Below are positions 17,411-27,152 of a stretch of 64,000 nucleotides of DNA, piece by piece. A program made the position numbers and the translations under genes. This stretch comes from Pseudomonadota bacterium (GTDB taxonomy: Bacteria; Pseudomonadota; Alphaproteobacteria; Rhodobacterales; Rhodobacteraceae), in contig JBCDEK010000004.1 in NCBI GenBank assembly GCA_039179785.1, forward strand, positions 8,768 through 72,767. Direction: 5' to 3'. The notes under the pieces are model-generated. The model ran no database searches and was not told where the DNA came from. It saw only the letters and a program-made list of their open reading frames with translations. Position 1 is the stretch's first letter. Each line of letters starts with the position of its first letter.

Positions 17411-19800
17411 GTGCGTCCCTTCCCGCGCAAGCGCAGCGCGTTGGTCACGACAAAGACGGAAGACAGCGCCATGGCAAGCGCCGCGAGGGCAGGTGAGAGT
17501 TGTGGCCCGCCGAAGGGCACCAGGACGCCAGCCGCCACCGGGATCAGTGCGGTGTTGTAGACAAAGGCCCAGCCGAGGTTCTGCCAGATGTTGCGCAATG
17601 TGGCCTTGCTGATGCGCAGCGCACGCAGGACCGCAGCGGGTTCGGGGGACATCAGGACCACATCCGCGGCCTCAACGGCGGCATCAGTGGCCCCGTTCAC
17701 GGCCAAGCCGACATCCGCAGCGGCCAGCGCGGGCGCGTCGTTCAATCCATCGCCGACAAAGGCGACAGCCCCGTGAGCAATCCGCAACTCCTCCAGCGCG
17801 CGGACCTTTTGATCCGGTTTGACACCAGCCACGACACTATCGATCCCCAACGACTGCGCGACGTGGTGGGCAGCGGCGGGCGTGTCGCCGGATATCATTG
17901 CAACGGTGCGGCCTTGCGCCTTCAGTGCGGCTATGGCCGGGGCGGCGCCGTCCCGGATCGTGTCGCGCACGGCAAATGCTGCGACATGCGCCCCGTCGAC
18001 CGCGACCTGCACGACGGTTGCGCCTGAAGTGGCCCAGGGCGCGGCGGACGCGTCGAGCGTTGGATCGATTGATACGCCGGTCTGTGCCAGCATGTCGCGA
18101 TTGCCAACCACAACGTCATATTGGCCAACGCATGCCTTGGCCCCGGCCCCGAGGACCGCCTTGAACCCGGTGGCACCTGCGGGCGCCCCTGAAGCGGCTT
18201 CGACAATCGCGCGCGCAATGGGGTGTTCGGACAGACGCTCGACCCCGGCAGCCAGGTTCAGGACGTTTTCCACCTCCCACCCCTCGACCACAGCCGTCTC
18301 GTGCAGCCGTGGCGCGCCCAGGGTCACCGTGCCGGTCTTGTCAAAGGCCACCACCTTGGCATCCTGCAGGCGTTGCAGCGCATCGCCTTTGTGGAACAGA
18401 ACGCCCAGTTCAGCTGCACGGCCCGTGCCCACTATCACGGACATCGGCGTGGCCAGCCCCATGGCACAGGGGCACGCGATGATCAGCACGGACACACCCG
18501 CCACAACGGCAGGGGCCAGACCGGCTAGGGCCCACCAAAGCGCAAAGGTCACAGCGGCAACGGCCAGCACCACTGGTACGAACCACGCGGTGATCCGGTT
18601 CACCAGTGCTTCGACCGGCAGGCGCGAGGCCTGAGCGGCCCGCGTCAGGTCGGTGATACGTGCCAGCACGGTGTCCTGGCCCACATGGGTGGCGCGCAGC
18701 GTCAGCGTGCCATTCGTGCTGAGCGTGCCGCCTGTGACCATGTCATCGGGTTGTTTCAGAACCGGCAGTGGCTCACCCGTCAGCATGCTTTCGTCCACGT
18801 GCGCATGGCCTTCCGTCACCACGCCGTCCACGGGAATGCGCCCGCCGGGGCGCACGCGCAACAGGTCGCCCACCACCACGGATGACAGCGGCACCTGCGA
18901 AACATCACCATCTTCTACAAGCTCTGCCGTGTCCGGGCGCAGGCCGAGCAGGCGGCGCACGGCATCCCCGGTGCGCCCTTTGGCGCGCGCTTCCAACCAG
19001 CGGCCCATCAGGATCAGCGTGACGATCACCGCGGCGGCCTCGAAATACACGCCCACAGGTGGCAGGATGCCAGGGGCGAGAACCGAAAAGGCGGAAAAGG
19101 CAAAGGCTGATCCGGCTCCAAGTGCCACAAGCGCATCCATTTCCGGCCGCGCCTTGAACAGATTGGGCAGGCCGCGGCGGAAGAATGCAGCCCCCGGCAC
19201 AGCCAAGACGATGGCCGTCAGAACCAATTGCAGCAGATGGCTGTTTGTCACGCCAATCGTGCGCGCGACCCAATGGTGCAGCGGCGGATAAAGGTGCCCC
19301 CCCATCTCAATCACAAAGACGGGCAAGGTCAGTGCTGCAGCCACCAGGAACCTGCGAAAAACGCGGTCGACTTTGTCTGTCGCTTGAGCATCAGCGCTCT
19401 GCTCAGCGATATCCGCCGGATAGCCCGCTTCGGCCAACGCCTCGCGCAGAGCGGTATCAGCCCCGAGCATCTCGACCCGCAGCGTCCTGGTCGGCAATTG
19501 CGCCTCGGCGCGCAGCACCCCCGGTACATCCCGCGCAGCAGCCTCGATGCGGTCCACGCAGGACGCACAGGACATATCGGGGATCTGCAGGTCCACCTCG
19601 GTCACGGATGCCGGATACCCGGCCCGTTCGAGCGCCCCTGCCACCTCGACCGCAGGCACGCCAGACACACGCGCGCTGTGATCGGCCAGGTTCACCCGCA
19701 CATCCCGCGCCCCCGGCAGATCGGCCAGCGCCGTCTCGGCCCGCCCCACGCACGCGGCGCAGTGCAGCCCGCGCAGCCTAAAGGTCAACGTGTCATCCAT
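17407..19800 (-). CDS. copA: Copper-translocating P1B-type ATPase
   Basis: Two CxxC HMA domains, [25 protein letters not shown] and MALSS Cu(I) signature. Confidence 0.95.
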   Translation of the reverse strand: MDDTLTFRLRGLHCAACVGRAETALADLPGARDVRVNLADHSARVSGVPAVEVAGALERAGYPASVTEVDLQIPDMSCASCVDRIEAAARDVPGVLRAEAQLPTRTLRVEMLGADTALREALAEAGYPADIAEQSADAQATDKVDRVFRRFLVAAALTLPVFVIEMGGHLYPPLHHWVARTIGVTNSHLLQLVLTAIVLAVPGAAFFRRGLPNLFKARPEMDALVALGAGSAFAFSAFSVLAPGILPPVGVYFEAAAVIVTLILMGRWLEARAKGRTGDAVRRLLGLRPDTAELVEDGDVSQVPLSSVVVGDLLRVRPGGRIPVDGVVTEGHAHVDESMLTGEPLPVLKQPDDMVTGGTLSTNGTLTLRATHVGQDTVLARITDLTRAAQASRLPVEALVNRITAWFVPVVLAVAAVTFALWWALAGLAPAVVAGVSVLIIACPCAMGLATPMSVIVGTGRAAELGVLFHKGDALQRLQDAKVVAFDKTGTVTLGAPRLHETAVVEGWEVENVLNLAAGVERLSEHPIARAIVEAASGAPAGATGFKAVLGAGAKACVGQYDVVVGNRDMLAQTGVSIDPTLDASAAPWATSGATVVQVAVDGAHVAAFAVRDTIRDGAAPAIAALKAQGRTVAMISGDTPAAAHHVAQSLGIDSVVAGVKPDQKVRALEELRIAHGAVAFVGDGLNDAPALAAADVGLAVNGATDAAVEAADVVLMSPEPAAVLRALRISKATLRNIWQNLGWAFVYNTALIPVAAGVLVPFGGPQLSPALAALAMALSSVFVVTNALRLRGKGRT

Positions 19801-19806
19801 GATCCG

Positions 19807-19837
19807 CACATAAGGCTTCCAGTTACTGGAAGGTCAA
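19807..19837 (-). promoter_or_regulatory. CueR-type promoter/operator of copA
   Basis: Minus strand TTGACC-TTCCAGTAACTGGAAGCCT-TATGTG: dyad CTTCCAGT/ACTGGAAG in a 19-bp spacer. Confidence 0.88.
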
Positions 19838-19931
19838 GGCCCGCGCTGAAACAATGCATGGCGCAGGTGTGAGTTGTGCGCAGCACACGGCCATGACAGG
19901 AAGACGCGGTGCAAAACGTGGAAGACGGACG

Positions 19932-21581
19932 ATGAAAGACCTGCCCCCCAACCCGCCCCGCGCAGCCGATGTGCTGGCCGCGCGGCTACATGATGCCGGG
20001 TGCCGCTTTGCCTTCGGGATGCCGGGCGGCGAGGTGCTGACCATCGTGGATGCGCTCGAACGGGCGGGCATCCGGTTCATCCTGTGCAAACACGAAAACG
20101 CCGCCGCCTTCATGGCCGAAGGGGCCTGGCACCGCAGCGGCGCCCCCGGCATTCTGGTGGCCACGGTCGGTCCCGGCGCCCTGAACGGCGTGAACGCCGT
20201 TGCCAACGCCCATCAGGACCGCGTACCGCTGATCGTGCTGGCAGGTTGCGTCGATGCGGACGAGGCGCAGACCTATACCCACCAGGTGCTGGACCAGACG
20301 CAAGTGTTCCGCCCCATCACCAAGGCCACGTTCACACTGAACACCGGCGCCGCCCATGTGATCGCGGACAAGGCGGTGGGCATCGCAACCGAAGGGCGGC
20401 CCGGCCCGGTGCATATCGATGTGCCGATCTCGGTCGCAGTCACGCCCGTCACCCCGGAACTGCCCACGCGCCGCGCGGTGGCCGAACCCGTCGTTCCCGC
20501 GGCCCCCACTTTGGCCGAAATGCGCGCCGCCCTCGCAAGTGCTGAACGCCCCATCCTCATCGTTGGCGTCGACGCGCTGAACCAGGGCTTTGACACCCGC
20601 CGCCAGGATATCGCGGACACGCTCCTCACCTTCGTTGATACGTTCAATGTTCCCGTCATCACCACCTACAAGGCCAAGGGGCTTTTGCCCGAAGATCACC
20701 CGCTTGCACTCGGCGGCGCGGGGCTGTCGCCCAAGGCCGACGCGATCCTGCTGCCGCTTGTGCACAGCGCTGACCTGATCATCGGCCTCGGCTATGACCC
20801 GATCGAAATGCGCACCGGCTGGCGGGACTTCTACTATCCCGGTATCCAGACCATGATCGACATCACGGCAGAGCCGAACCATCACTACATGCACCAGGCC
20901 ACGACCAATGTGATCGGCGACTGCGCCGCGACGCTGACCGCCATGGCCGACGGCATCACCCCACGCGACACATGGGCCGAGGGCGACATCGCCAAGGCCA
21001 AGGCCGATCTCACCGCCGCTTTCCCTTCGGACGACGAATGGGGCCCGGCGGCGGTGATCGACACCTGCCGGTCCGCCCTGCCCCGCGACACGTTGGCCAC
21101 TGCAGACAGCGGCGCGCACCGCATCCTGCTCAGCCAGATGTGGCAATGCTACGAACCACGCGGGCTTATGCAGTCCTCGGCGCTCTGCACCATGGGCTGC
21201 GCGATCCCGCTCGCCATAGGCGCACAGGTGGCCGACCCAGGCCGCACCGTGGTCAGCTTTTCGGGGGACGCAGGGTTTCTCATGGTCGCTGGAGAGCTGT
21301 CCACCGCCGCCGAGCTTGGCCTCAAAACCATATTTGTCGTCTTCGTCGATGCTTCGCTTGCTTTGATTGAACTCAAGCAGCGCCAGCGCCAACTCAACAA
21401 CGCCGGTGTTGACTTTGCCAAACACGATTTCGCCGCTATCGGGCGCGCCCTTGGCGGCACCGGGCACACGGTCACGTCTAGGGACGAACTGAAATCAGCG
21501 CTGGCCGACGCCCAATCGGCGGATACGTTCACGGTCATCGCAGCCGTCATTGATCGGGGGGCTTACGATGGCCGCATCTGA
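19932..21581 (+). CDS. Thiamine diphosphate-dependent enzyme (acetolactate synthase-like fold)
   Basis: FGMPGG, HENAAAFMA, GPGALN, TMGCAIP, GDAGFLM. Confidence 0.88.
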   Translation: MKDLPPNPPRAADVLAARLHDAGCRFAFGMPGGEVLTIVDALERAGIRFILCKHENAAAFMAEGAWHRSGAPGILVATVGPGALNGVNAVANAHQDRVPLIVLAGCVDADEAQTYTHQVLDQTQVFRPITKATFTLNTGAAHVIADKAVGIATEGRPGPVHIDVPISVAVTPVTPELPTRRAVAEPVVPAAPTLAEMRAALASAERPILIVGVDALNQGFDTRRQDIADTLLTFVDTFNVPVITTYKAKGLLPEDHPLALGGAGLSPKADAILLPLVHSADLIIGLGYDPIEMRTGWRDFYYPGIQTMIDITAEPNHHYMHQATTNVIGDCAATLTAMADGITPRDTWAEGDIAKAKADLTAAFPSDDEWGPAAVIDTCRSALPRDTLATADSGAHRILLSQMWQCYEPRGLMQSSALCTMGCAIPLAIGAQVADPGRTVVSFSGDAGFLMVAGELSTAAELGLKTIFVVFVDASLALIELKQRQRQLNNAGVDFAKHDFAAIGRALGGTGHTVTSRDELKSALADAQSADTFTVIAAVIDRGAYDGRI

Positions 21582-22782
21582 GACAGCTGGCGCGCTCGAC
21601 GGGCTGTTTGTCCTCGACCTGTCGCGCATCCTTGCCGGTCCCACCGCCACGCAATTGCTGGGCGACATGGGGGCCACGGTCATCAAGATCGAGAACCCCA
21701 AGACCGGCGGCGATGACACCCGTAGTTGGGGGCCGAACTACGCCAAGGGCACAGATGGGCAGCCCACGGACCTGTCGGCCTATTTCATGTCAGCCAACCG
21801 CAACAAACAATCAGTGGCGGTGGACCTGTCAACGGATGAAGGACAGGAGATCGTCCGAGAATTGGCTGCACGCGCCGATGTGGTGATCGAAAACTACAAG
21901 CCCGGCGGGTTGGTCAAATACGGTCTCGACCACGAAACGCTGCGCAAGGCGCATCCGAGCCTCGTCTACTGCTCGATTTCGGGCTTCGGGCAAACCGGTC
22001 CCAACCGGGACCAGCCCGGCTATGACCTGATGGCCCAGGGCTATGGCGGGATTATGTCGCTCACAGGCGATCCCGAAGGCACCCCGACCAAGGTGGGGGT
22101 CGGCATCGCGGATGTGATGTGCGGCATGTATGCCACCATCGGCATCCTCGCCGCACTCCGACACCGCGACCAGACCGGCGAAGGGCAGCATATCGACCTC
22201 AGCCTTGTCGATGCGCAAATGGCGTGGTTGATCAACGAAGGGTGCAACTATCTGGTTTCGGGACAGGTGCCCGAGCGGCGCGGCAATGCGCATCCCAACA
22301 TCGTGCCCTATGACGCTTTTGCAACCTCGGACGGTCACGTGCTGGTGGCGGTCGGCAACGACAGCCAGTTCGTGCGGTTTTGCGACGCGATCGGCGCGCC
22401 TGATCTGGGCCGGAACCCGGACTACGCGACCAACCTCAAACGCATCGAAAACCGCGTGGCCCTCACGGCGTCCCTGACACCGATCCTGGCCGCGATGACG
22501 AAGGACGAGCTGCTTGGCAAGATGCACGCCGTGAAGGTTCCCGGCGGGCCGATCCATGATGTGGCCGAAGCGCTGAATTCCGATCAGGCACAGGCCCGCG
22601 GTACGGTGGTGCACGTGTCTCGCGACGATGTGGCAGACGGGCACGTCCGGCTGTTGGCGAATCCGCTCAAGTTTTCAGCAACACCAGTGACCTACAGACG
22701 CCCTCCGCCCCGGTTTGGGCAGGATACCGAGGCCGTGCTTGCAACAATAAAGTCTCAAAAATCGCAACAAAATCACAACTGA
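21568..22782 (+). CDS. Family III (CaiB/BaiF) CoA-transferase
   Basis: DLSRILAGP, NRNKQS, ADVVIENYKPG, SISGFGQTGP, GIAD. Confidence 0.93.
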   Translation: MAASETAGALDGLFVLDLSRILAGPTATQLLGDMGATVIKIENPKTGGDDTRSWGPNYAKGTDGQPTDLSAYFMSANRNKQSVAVDLSTDEGQEIVRELAARADVVIENYKPGGLVKYGLDHETLRKAHPSLVYCSISGFGQTGPNRDQPGYDLMAQGYGGIMSLTGDPEGTPTKVGVGIADVMCGMYATIGILAALRHRDQTGEGQHIDLSLVDAQMAWLINEGCNYLVSGQVPERRGNAHPNIVPYDAFATSDGHVLVAVGNDSQFVRFCDAIGAPDLGRNPDYATNLKRIENRVALTASLTPILAAMTKDELLGKMHAVKVPGGPIHDVAEALNSDQAQARGTVVHVSRDDVADGHVRLLANPLKFSATPVTYRRPPPRFGQDTEAVLATIKSQKSQQNHN

Positions 22783-22953
22783 CCCAAGCGCTTTGGCCGG
22801 TTTCCGCCTGCTTTCGTCAAATGTGCAGAAATTTTGCTCACATTCCCCCCCACCAACCTTCACGGTTGCGTGTGTCTAGCCCTCATTACATGTCAAACCG
22901 ACATAGATGTTCTAAACCCAGTCAAGAAGCATTCGGTAAGAGGTACCGCACTC

Positions 22954-24300
22954 ATGATGCACGATATTTGCCAAGCGCCGGTCAGCCTGGACGACCCCGC
23001 TCTCGTTGAAGAGTGGAATGGCATGATCCGCGCTTTTTTGGCGCACGGAACCGCGACGCCAACCCATTTGGGTGCGGTTCTGGCGGGTGCTCCGCATTTC
23101 GCCATGGGCTTCGCGGCCAAGGGGCTGTTCTCTCTCATGATGGGCCGCAAAGAGCTTTGGGATGTCGCCCATCAGGCGGGCAAGGACTCGGTCGCGGCGC
23201 TGGCTATTGCTGGCGGCTCACCGCGCGAACGGCTTTGGGTCCGCGCCTTGGGCGAATGGCTGGATGGTCGCCCCTCCGGTGCTATCGCCGCGATGGAGCG
23301 CGTGTTGGCGGATCACCCGACCGACACGCTGTCGGCCAAGGTCAGCCACGCCATCCGCTTTATTCTCGGTGACGGGGTGGGCATGCGATCCTCGATCGAA
23401 AATGTGCTTGCCGCCCACAAGGGCCACGCCCTCGAAGGCTATGTGCTGGGCTGTCACGCCTTCACGCTTGAGGAAACGGGCGACTACGACGCTGCCGAAG
23501 CGGCTGGTCTGCGCGGGCTTGAACTGGCCTCCGACGATGCCTGGGGCCTGCATGCCGTGGCCCACGTCTACGATATGACCGCACGGCCCGATGCCGGTAT
23601 CTCGCTGATCGAAAACAACTGCGCGGCCTGGGATCACTGCAACAACTTCCGCTACCACGTCTGGTGGCACAAAGCGCTCCTGCACCTCGACCGGGGCGAA
23701 AATGACATCGTCCTCGCGCTCTATGATCAACAAATCCGCGCCGACAAGACCGACGACTACCGCGACATCGCCAACGCGACCTCGCTGCTGATGCGGCTTG
23801 AACTGGAAGGCACACGTGTCGGCAACCGCTGGGAAGAGCTGGCAGATTTCGCCCAACACCGCACCGATGATGGCTGTCTGGTCTTTGCCGACCTGCACTA
23901 TCAACTGGCCCTGACCGCCGCCGGCCGGGATGAGGCGACCGCCGCCATGACCGCCCGCTTTGCCGTCGATGCCGCCCGTCAGGGCGAAATGCCCGCCCGC
24001 GTCGCCGACCCGGGCAAGGCCGCGCTGTCGGGCCTCAATGCCTTTGCCGAAGGGCGCTACGATGCCGCTTTCCGTGACCTCGCCGCCGCGCGTCCTACCA
24101 TGCAGACCATCGGTGGCAGCCATGCCCAGCGCGATGTGTTCGAACGCATGACCATCGACGCGGGCCTGCGCTCGGGCCTGTACGACGCCTGCGAAGCGCT
24201 TCTGGAAGATCGCATCGCGCGCCGCGCGGGTGCCGTGGACCGCTTTGCGACGACCCGGCTGGCCTCGATCCAAGACGCCCGGCGCATTCCCGCGCAGTAA
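22954..24300 (+). CDS. TPR-like protein (TTC38-like)
   Basis: DDAWGLHAVAHV, HVWWHKAL, IGGSHAQRDV motifs. Confidence 0.8.
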   Translation: MMHDICQAPVSLDDPALVEEWNGMIRAFLAHGTATPTHLGAVLAGAPHFAMGFAAKGLFSLMMGRKELWDVAHQAGKDSVAALAIAGGSPRERLWVRALGEWLDGRPSGAIAAMERVLADHPTDTLSAKVSHAIRFILGDGVGMRSSIENVLAAHKGHALEGYVLGCHAFTLEETGDYDAAEAAGLRGLELASDDAWGLHAVAHVYDMTARPDAGISLIENNCAAWDHCNNFRYHVWWHKALLHLDRGENDIVLALYDQQIRADKTDDYRDIANATSLLMRLELEGTRVGNRWEELADFAQHRTDDGCLVFADLHYQLALTAAGRDEATAAMTARFAVDAARQGEMPARVADPGKAALSGLNAFAEGRYDAAFRDLAAARPTMQTIGGSHAQRDVFERMTIDAGLRSGLYDACEALLEDRIARRAGAVDRFATTRLASIQDARRIPAQ

Positions 24301-24345
24301 CGCGCGGGGATGGTGCCCACCTGTAAGGTAACATAGACACCGGCC

Positions 24346-25623
24346 ATGACTTTTGCCGATCCCACGACCAATGCCGCGGCCCCGTCCGCAGCGGCCCCCG
24401 CATCCAGTCCGGCGCGGGTGCGCGATATTCGTCTGGATTTCTTCCGCGGCATCGCGATGTTCATCATCCTCTTTGCCCACACGCCCGGCAACTTCCTCAC
24501 GCGTTGGATCCCCGCCCGCTGGGGCTTTTCCGACGCGACCGAAATGTTCGTCTTCTGCTCGGGCATGGCCTCGGCCATCGCCTTCGGCGCCACCTTCCAA
24601 AAGGCCGGCTTTGCCCTCGGTACCGCCCGCGTGGGCTACCGCATCTGGCAGGTCTATTGGGCCCATGTGGGTCTCTTTTTTGCCACGGCGGCGCTGCTGG
24701 TCTACGTCACCGATCTTGGGATCACAGACCGCAATTACTGGGGTCAGATGAACCTCTGGATGATCTTCGTGGAGCATAAAGAGGGCCTGTGGGAAATCCC
24801 GAACATGCTCTTCAGCTTCATGACGCTGCAATGGGTGCCGAACCTGTTTGATATCCTGCCGATGTACATGGTGATCCTCGCCATGATGCCGCTGGTCATC
24901 GCGCTCGCGCGCGTGCATCTCGGCCTCATGGCCGCGCTCTGCATCGTACTCTGGGTCCTTGCCCAGCGCCGGTTCATGGAAGCGGTGGGCCTGCCCTACC
25001 TCAACTTCACTGCCGAACCCTGGGTCGGCAGCGACGACTGGCAACGCCGTTGGTTCCTCAACCCCTTCGGCTGGCAACTGGTGTTCTTCACCGGCTTTGC
25101 CTTCATGCGCGGCTGGATCCCCAAGCCCCCGGTAAACGCTGTGCTGATCGGCATCGCCACGGTGATCGTGCTGGCCAATATCCCGTTCTCCAGCATCGGT
25201 GTACGCGACAACGGCGGGCTCGGTTTTGACTGGGCGCGCGAATGGCGCAGCGAAAACCGCCAGCTGATCTCGAAAACCGATTTCGGTATCCTGCGCTATG
25301 TCCAATTCCTGGCGCTGGCCTACCTCGCATGGGTGCTGGCCGGGGACAAGGGCAACCGCCTGCGGGTCAACGCCACCAACGCGCTGTCGCGTGCGTGGGA
25401 AAAGGTACTCAACCTGATCCTGAAGGTCGGCCAGCAGTCCCTTGCCGTTTTCGTCGTGTCGATCTTTGTCGCCCGCTTCAACGGCTTTGCCATGGACGTG
25501 CTGGGCCGCGACACCGGAACAGTTCTGGCCGTGAATGCGTTTGGGTGCGGAGTGCTGATCCTCTCCGCCTATCTGGCGGGCTGGTTCAAATCGACCCCGT
25601 GGAAACCAAAGGTGGCCCGCTGA
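24346..25623 (+). CDS. opgC: OpgC family periplasmic glucan acyltransferase
   Basis: RDIRLDFFRG, GFSDATEMFVFCSG, DILPMY, FLNPFGWQ; upstream of opgG/H. Confidence 0.88.
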   Translation: MTFADPTTNAAAPSAAAPASSPARVRDIRLDFFRGIAMFIILFAHTPGNFLTRWIPARWGFSDATEMFVFCSGMASAIAFGATFQKAGFALGTARVGYRIWQVYWAHVGLFFATAALLVYVTDLGITDRNYWGQMNLWMIFVEHKEGLWEIPNMLFSFMTLQWVPNLFDILPMYMVILAMMPLVIALARVHLGLMAALCIVLWVLAQRRFMEAVGLPYLNFTAEPWVGSDDWQRRWFLNPFGWQLVFFTGFAFMRGWIPKPPVNAVLIGIATVIVLANIPFSSIGVRDNGGLGFDWAREWRSENRQLISKTDFGILRYVQFLALAYLAWVLAGDKGNRLRVNATNALSRAWEKVLNLILKVGQQSLAVFVVSIFVARFNGFAMDVLGRDTGTVLAVNAFGCGVLILSAYLAGWFKSTPWKPKVAR

Positions 25624-27152
25624 TGCTGCGACGCGAGGTTCTCGCTTCCCTTGCCGCCCTCGCCGCGGCCCCGCACGCCTCTTGGGCGCAAGAAGAGCCT
25701 GGGCTGCAATTGGGCGATGCCACCGCATTCAGCCCGTCGGATGTGATCGACCTCGCACGCGAAAAAGCGTCCCGCGCCTATGAACCCCGCCCAATGATCC
25801 CCGAGGCGTGGCAAAACCTGACCTACGATCAGTACCGCAAGATATGGTTCGACAGCCGCAACGGCCTTTGGGAAGACTCCGATGCCTCGCAACGGGTCGA
25901 CGTGTTCCCGCCGGGCCTCTACTTCCCCCAAGCCATTCGGACCTACGTGGTCGAGGACGGTCAGGCACGTCCCCTGAAATTCGACTTCAGCGTGTTTGAC
26001 ACGACCGACAAATTCCCAACTGATCTGCCCGTCGATGACACGCTGGGCTATTCCGGCCTGCGCCTGCGCGCCGAATTGCGCCAGCCCGGCATTTACGAGG
26101 AATACGCGGTTTTCCAAGGTGCCAGCTATTTCCGCGGCATCGGCACCGGTGATATCTACGGCCTCTCGGCGCGTGGCCTCGCCCTGCGAACCGCCGACCC
26201 AAACACGGGCGAAGAATTCCCCGACTTCACCCATTTCTGGCTCGAACGCCCCGCGGCGGGCGCGGCCCAGATCATCGTGCACGCCCTGCTCGACAGCCCC
26301 TCCTGCACCGGCGCCTACCGGTTCGAGATCATGCCCGGCCAACCGCTGGTGATGGAGGTCGAAGCCGAAATCTTCGCCCGCGAAACCCTGACCCATGTCG
26401 GCATCGCACCGCTCACCTCCATGTTCATGTTCGACGACATGGACAAGCAGCGCTTTGACGATTTCCGCCCCGCCGTGCACGACAACGACGGGCTGATGAT
26501 CCACAACGGCGCGGGCGAGGTGATCTGGCGTCCTCTCGCCAACCCCCGCACCTTGCAGATCAGCGCCTTTGGCGACACCGACCCGCGCGGCTTTGGCCTG
26601 ATGCAGCGCGCGCGCAAGTTCAGCGATTTCAACGATCTCGAAGCGCTCTATCACCGCCGCCCCGGCCTTTGGGTCACACCGGGCGAGGGCTGGGGGCGCG
26701 GCTCGGTCGCATTGGTCGAAATTCCGACCGACAAGGAAATCTACGACAACATTGTCGCCTACTGGCGTCCCTCCGCAGATATCGAGGCGGGCACGTCGCA
26801 CCGGATGACTTACCGCCTAGATTGGGGCGACGATCCTGCACCCACCGCCGCCATGCCCCTGCGCGTCCTGAACACCGCTGCTGGGGGGCGTCCCGAAGGC
26901 GGTCGCATCTTTACCATCGATTTCGAAAACGCGCCCCACGTGCCCGACGACCTGTCAAAAATCGACCGCCTTGTTCGTTCGAGCGCGGGCGACGTGACCG
27001 AAGGCATCATCCAGCGCAACCCCGAAACCGGTGGCCCACGGCTGGCCTTCACCTTCACAGCAGGGGACGCGAAATGGGCCGAATTCCGTGCCCAACTCCG
27101 CCTGGACGGGCAGGCGCTCAGCGAAGTGTGGCTCTACAGGTGGACCGCATGA
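25623..27152 (+). CDS. opgG: Periplasmic glucan biosynthesis protein OpgG/OpgD
   Basis: Tat-like MLRREVL, FQGASYFR, YGLSARGLA, EIYDNIVAYW, SEVWLYRWT. Confidence 0.92.
   Translation: MLRREVLASLAALAAAPHASWAQEEPGLQLGDATAFSPSDVIDLAREKASRAYEPRPMIPEAWQNLTYDQYRKIWFDSRNGLWEDSDASQRVDVFPPGLYFPQAIRTYVVEDGQARPLKFDFSVFDTTDKFPTDLPVDDTLGYSGLRLRAELRQPGIYEEYAVFQGASYFRGIGTGDIYGLSARGLALRTADPNTGEEFPDFTHFWLERPAAGAAQIIVHALLDSPSCTGAYRFEIMPGQPLVMEVEAEIFARETLTHVGIAPLTSMFMFDDMDKQRFDDFRPAVHDNDGLMIHNGAGEVIWRPLANPRTLQISAFGDTDPRGFGLMQRARKFSDFNDLEALYHRRPGLWVTPGEGWGRGSVALVEIPTDKEIYDNIVAYWRPSADIEAGTSHRMTYRLDWGDDPAPTAAMPLRVLNTAAGGRPEGGRIFTIDFENAPHVPDDLSKIDRLVRSSAGDVTEGIIQRNPETGGPRLAFTFTAGDAKWAEFRAQLRLDGQALSEVWLYRWTA

Noticed and set aside
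23218-25728. 836-aa minus-strand ORF, and similar long ORFs at 25569-26801, 29275-30933, 35558-37357 and 51012-52463
   Set aside because: Antisense or off-frame shadows of well-supported genes; expected in high-GC DNA and lacking recognisable motifs
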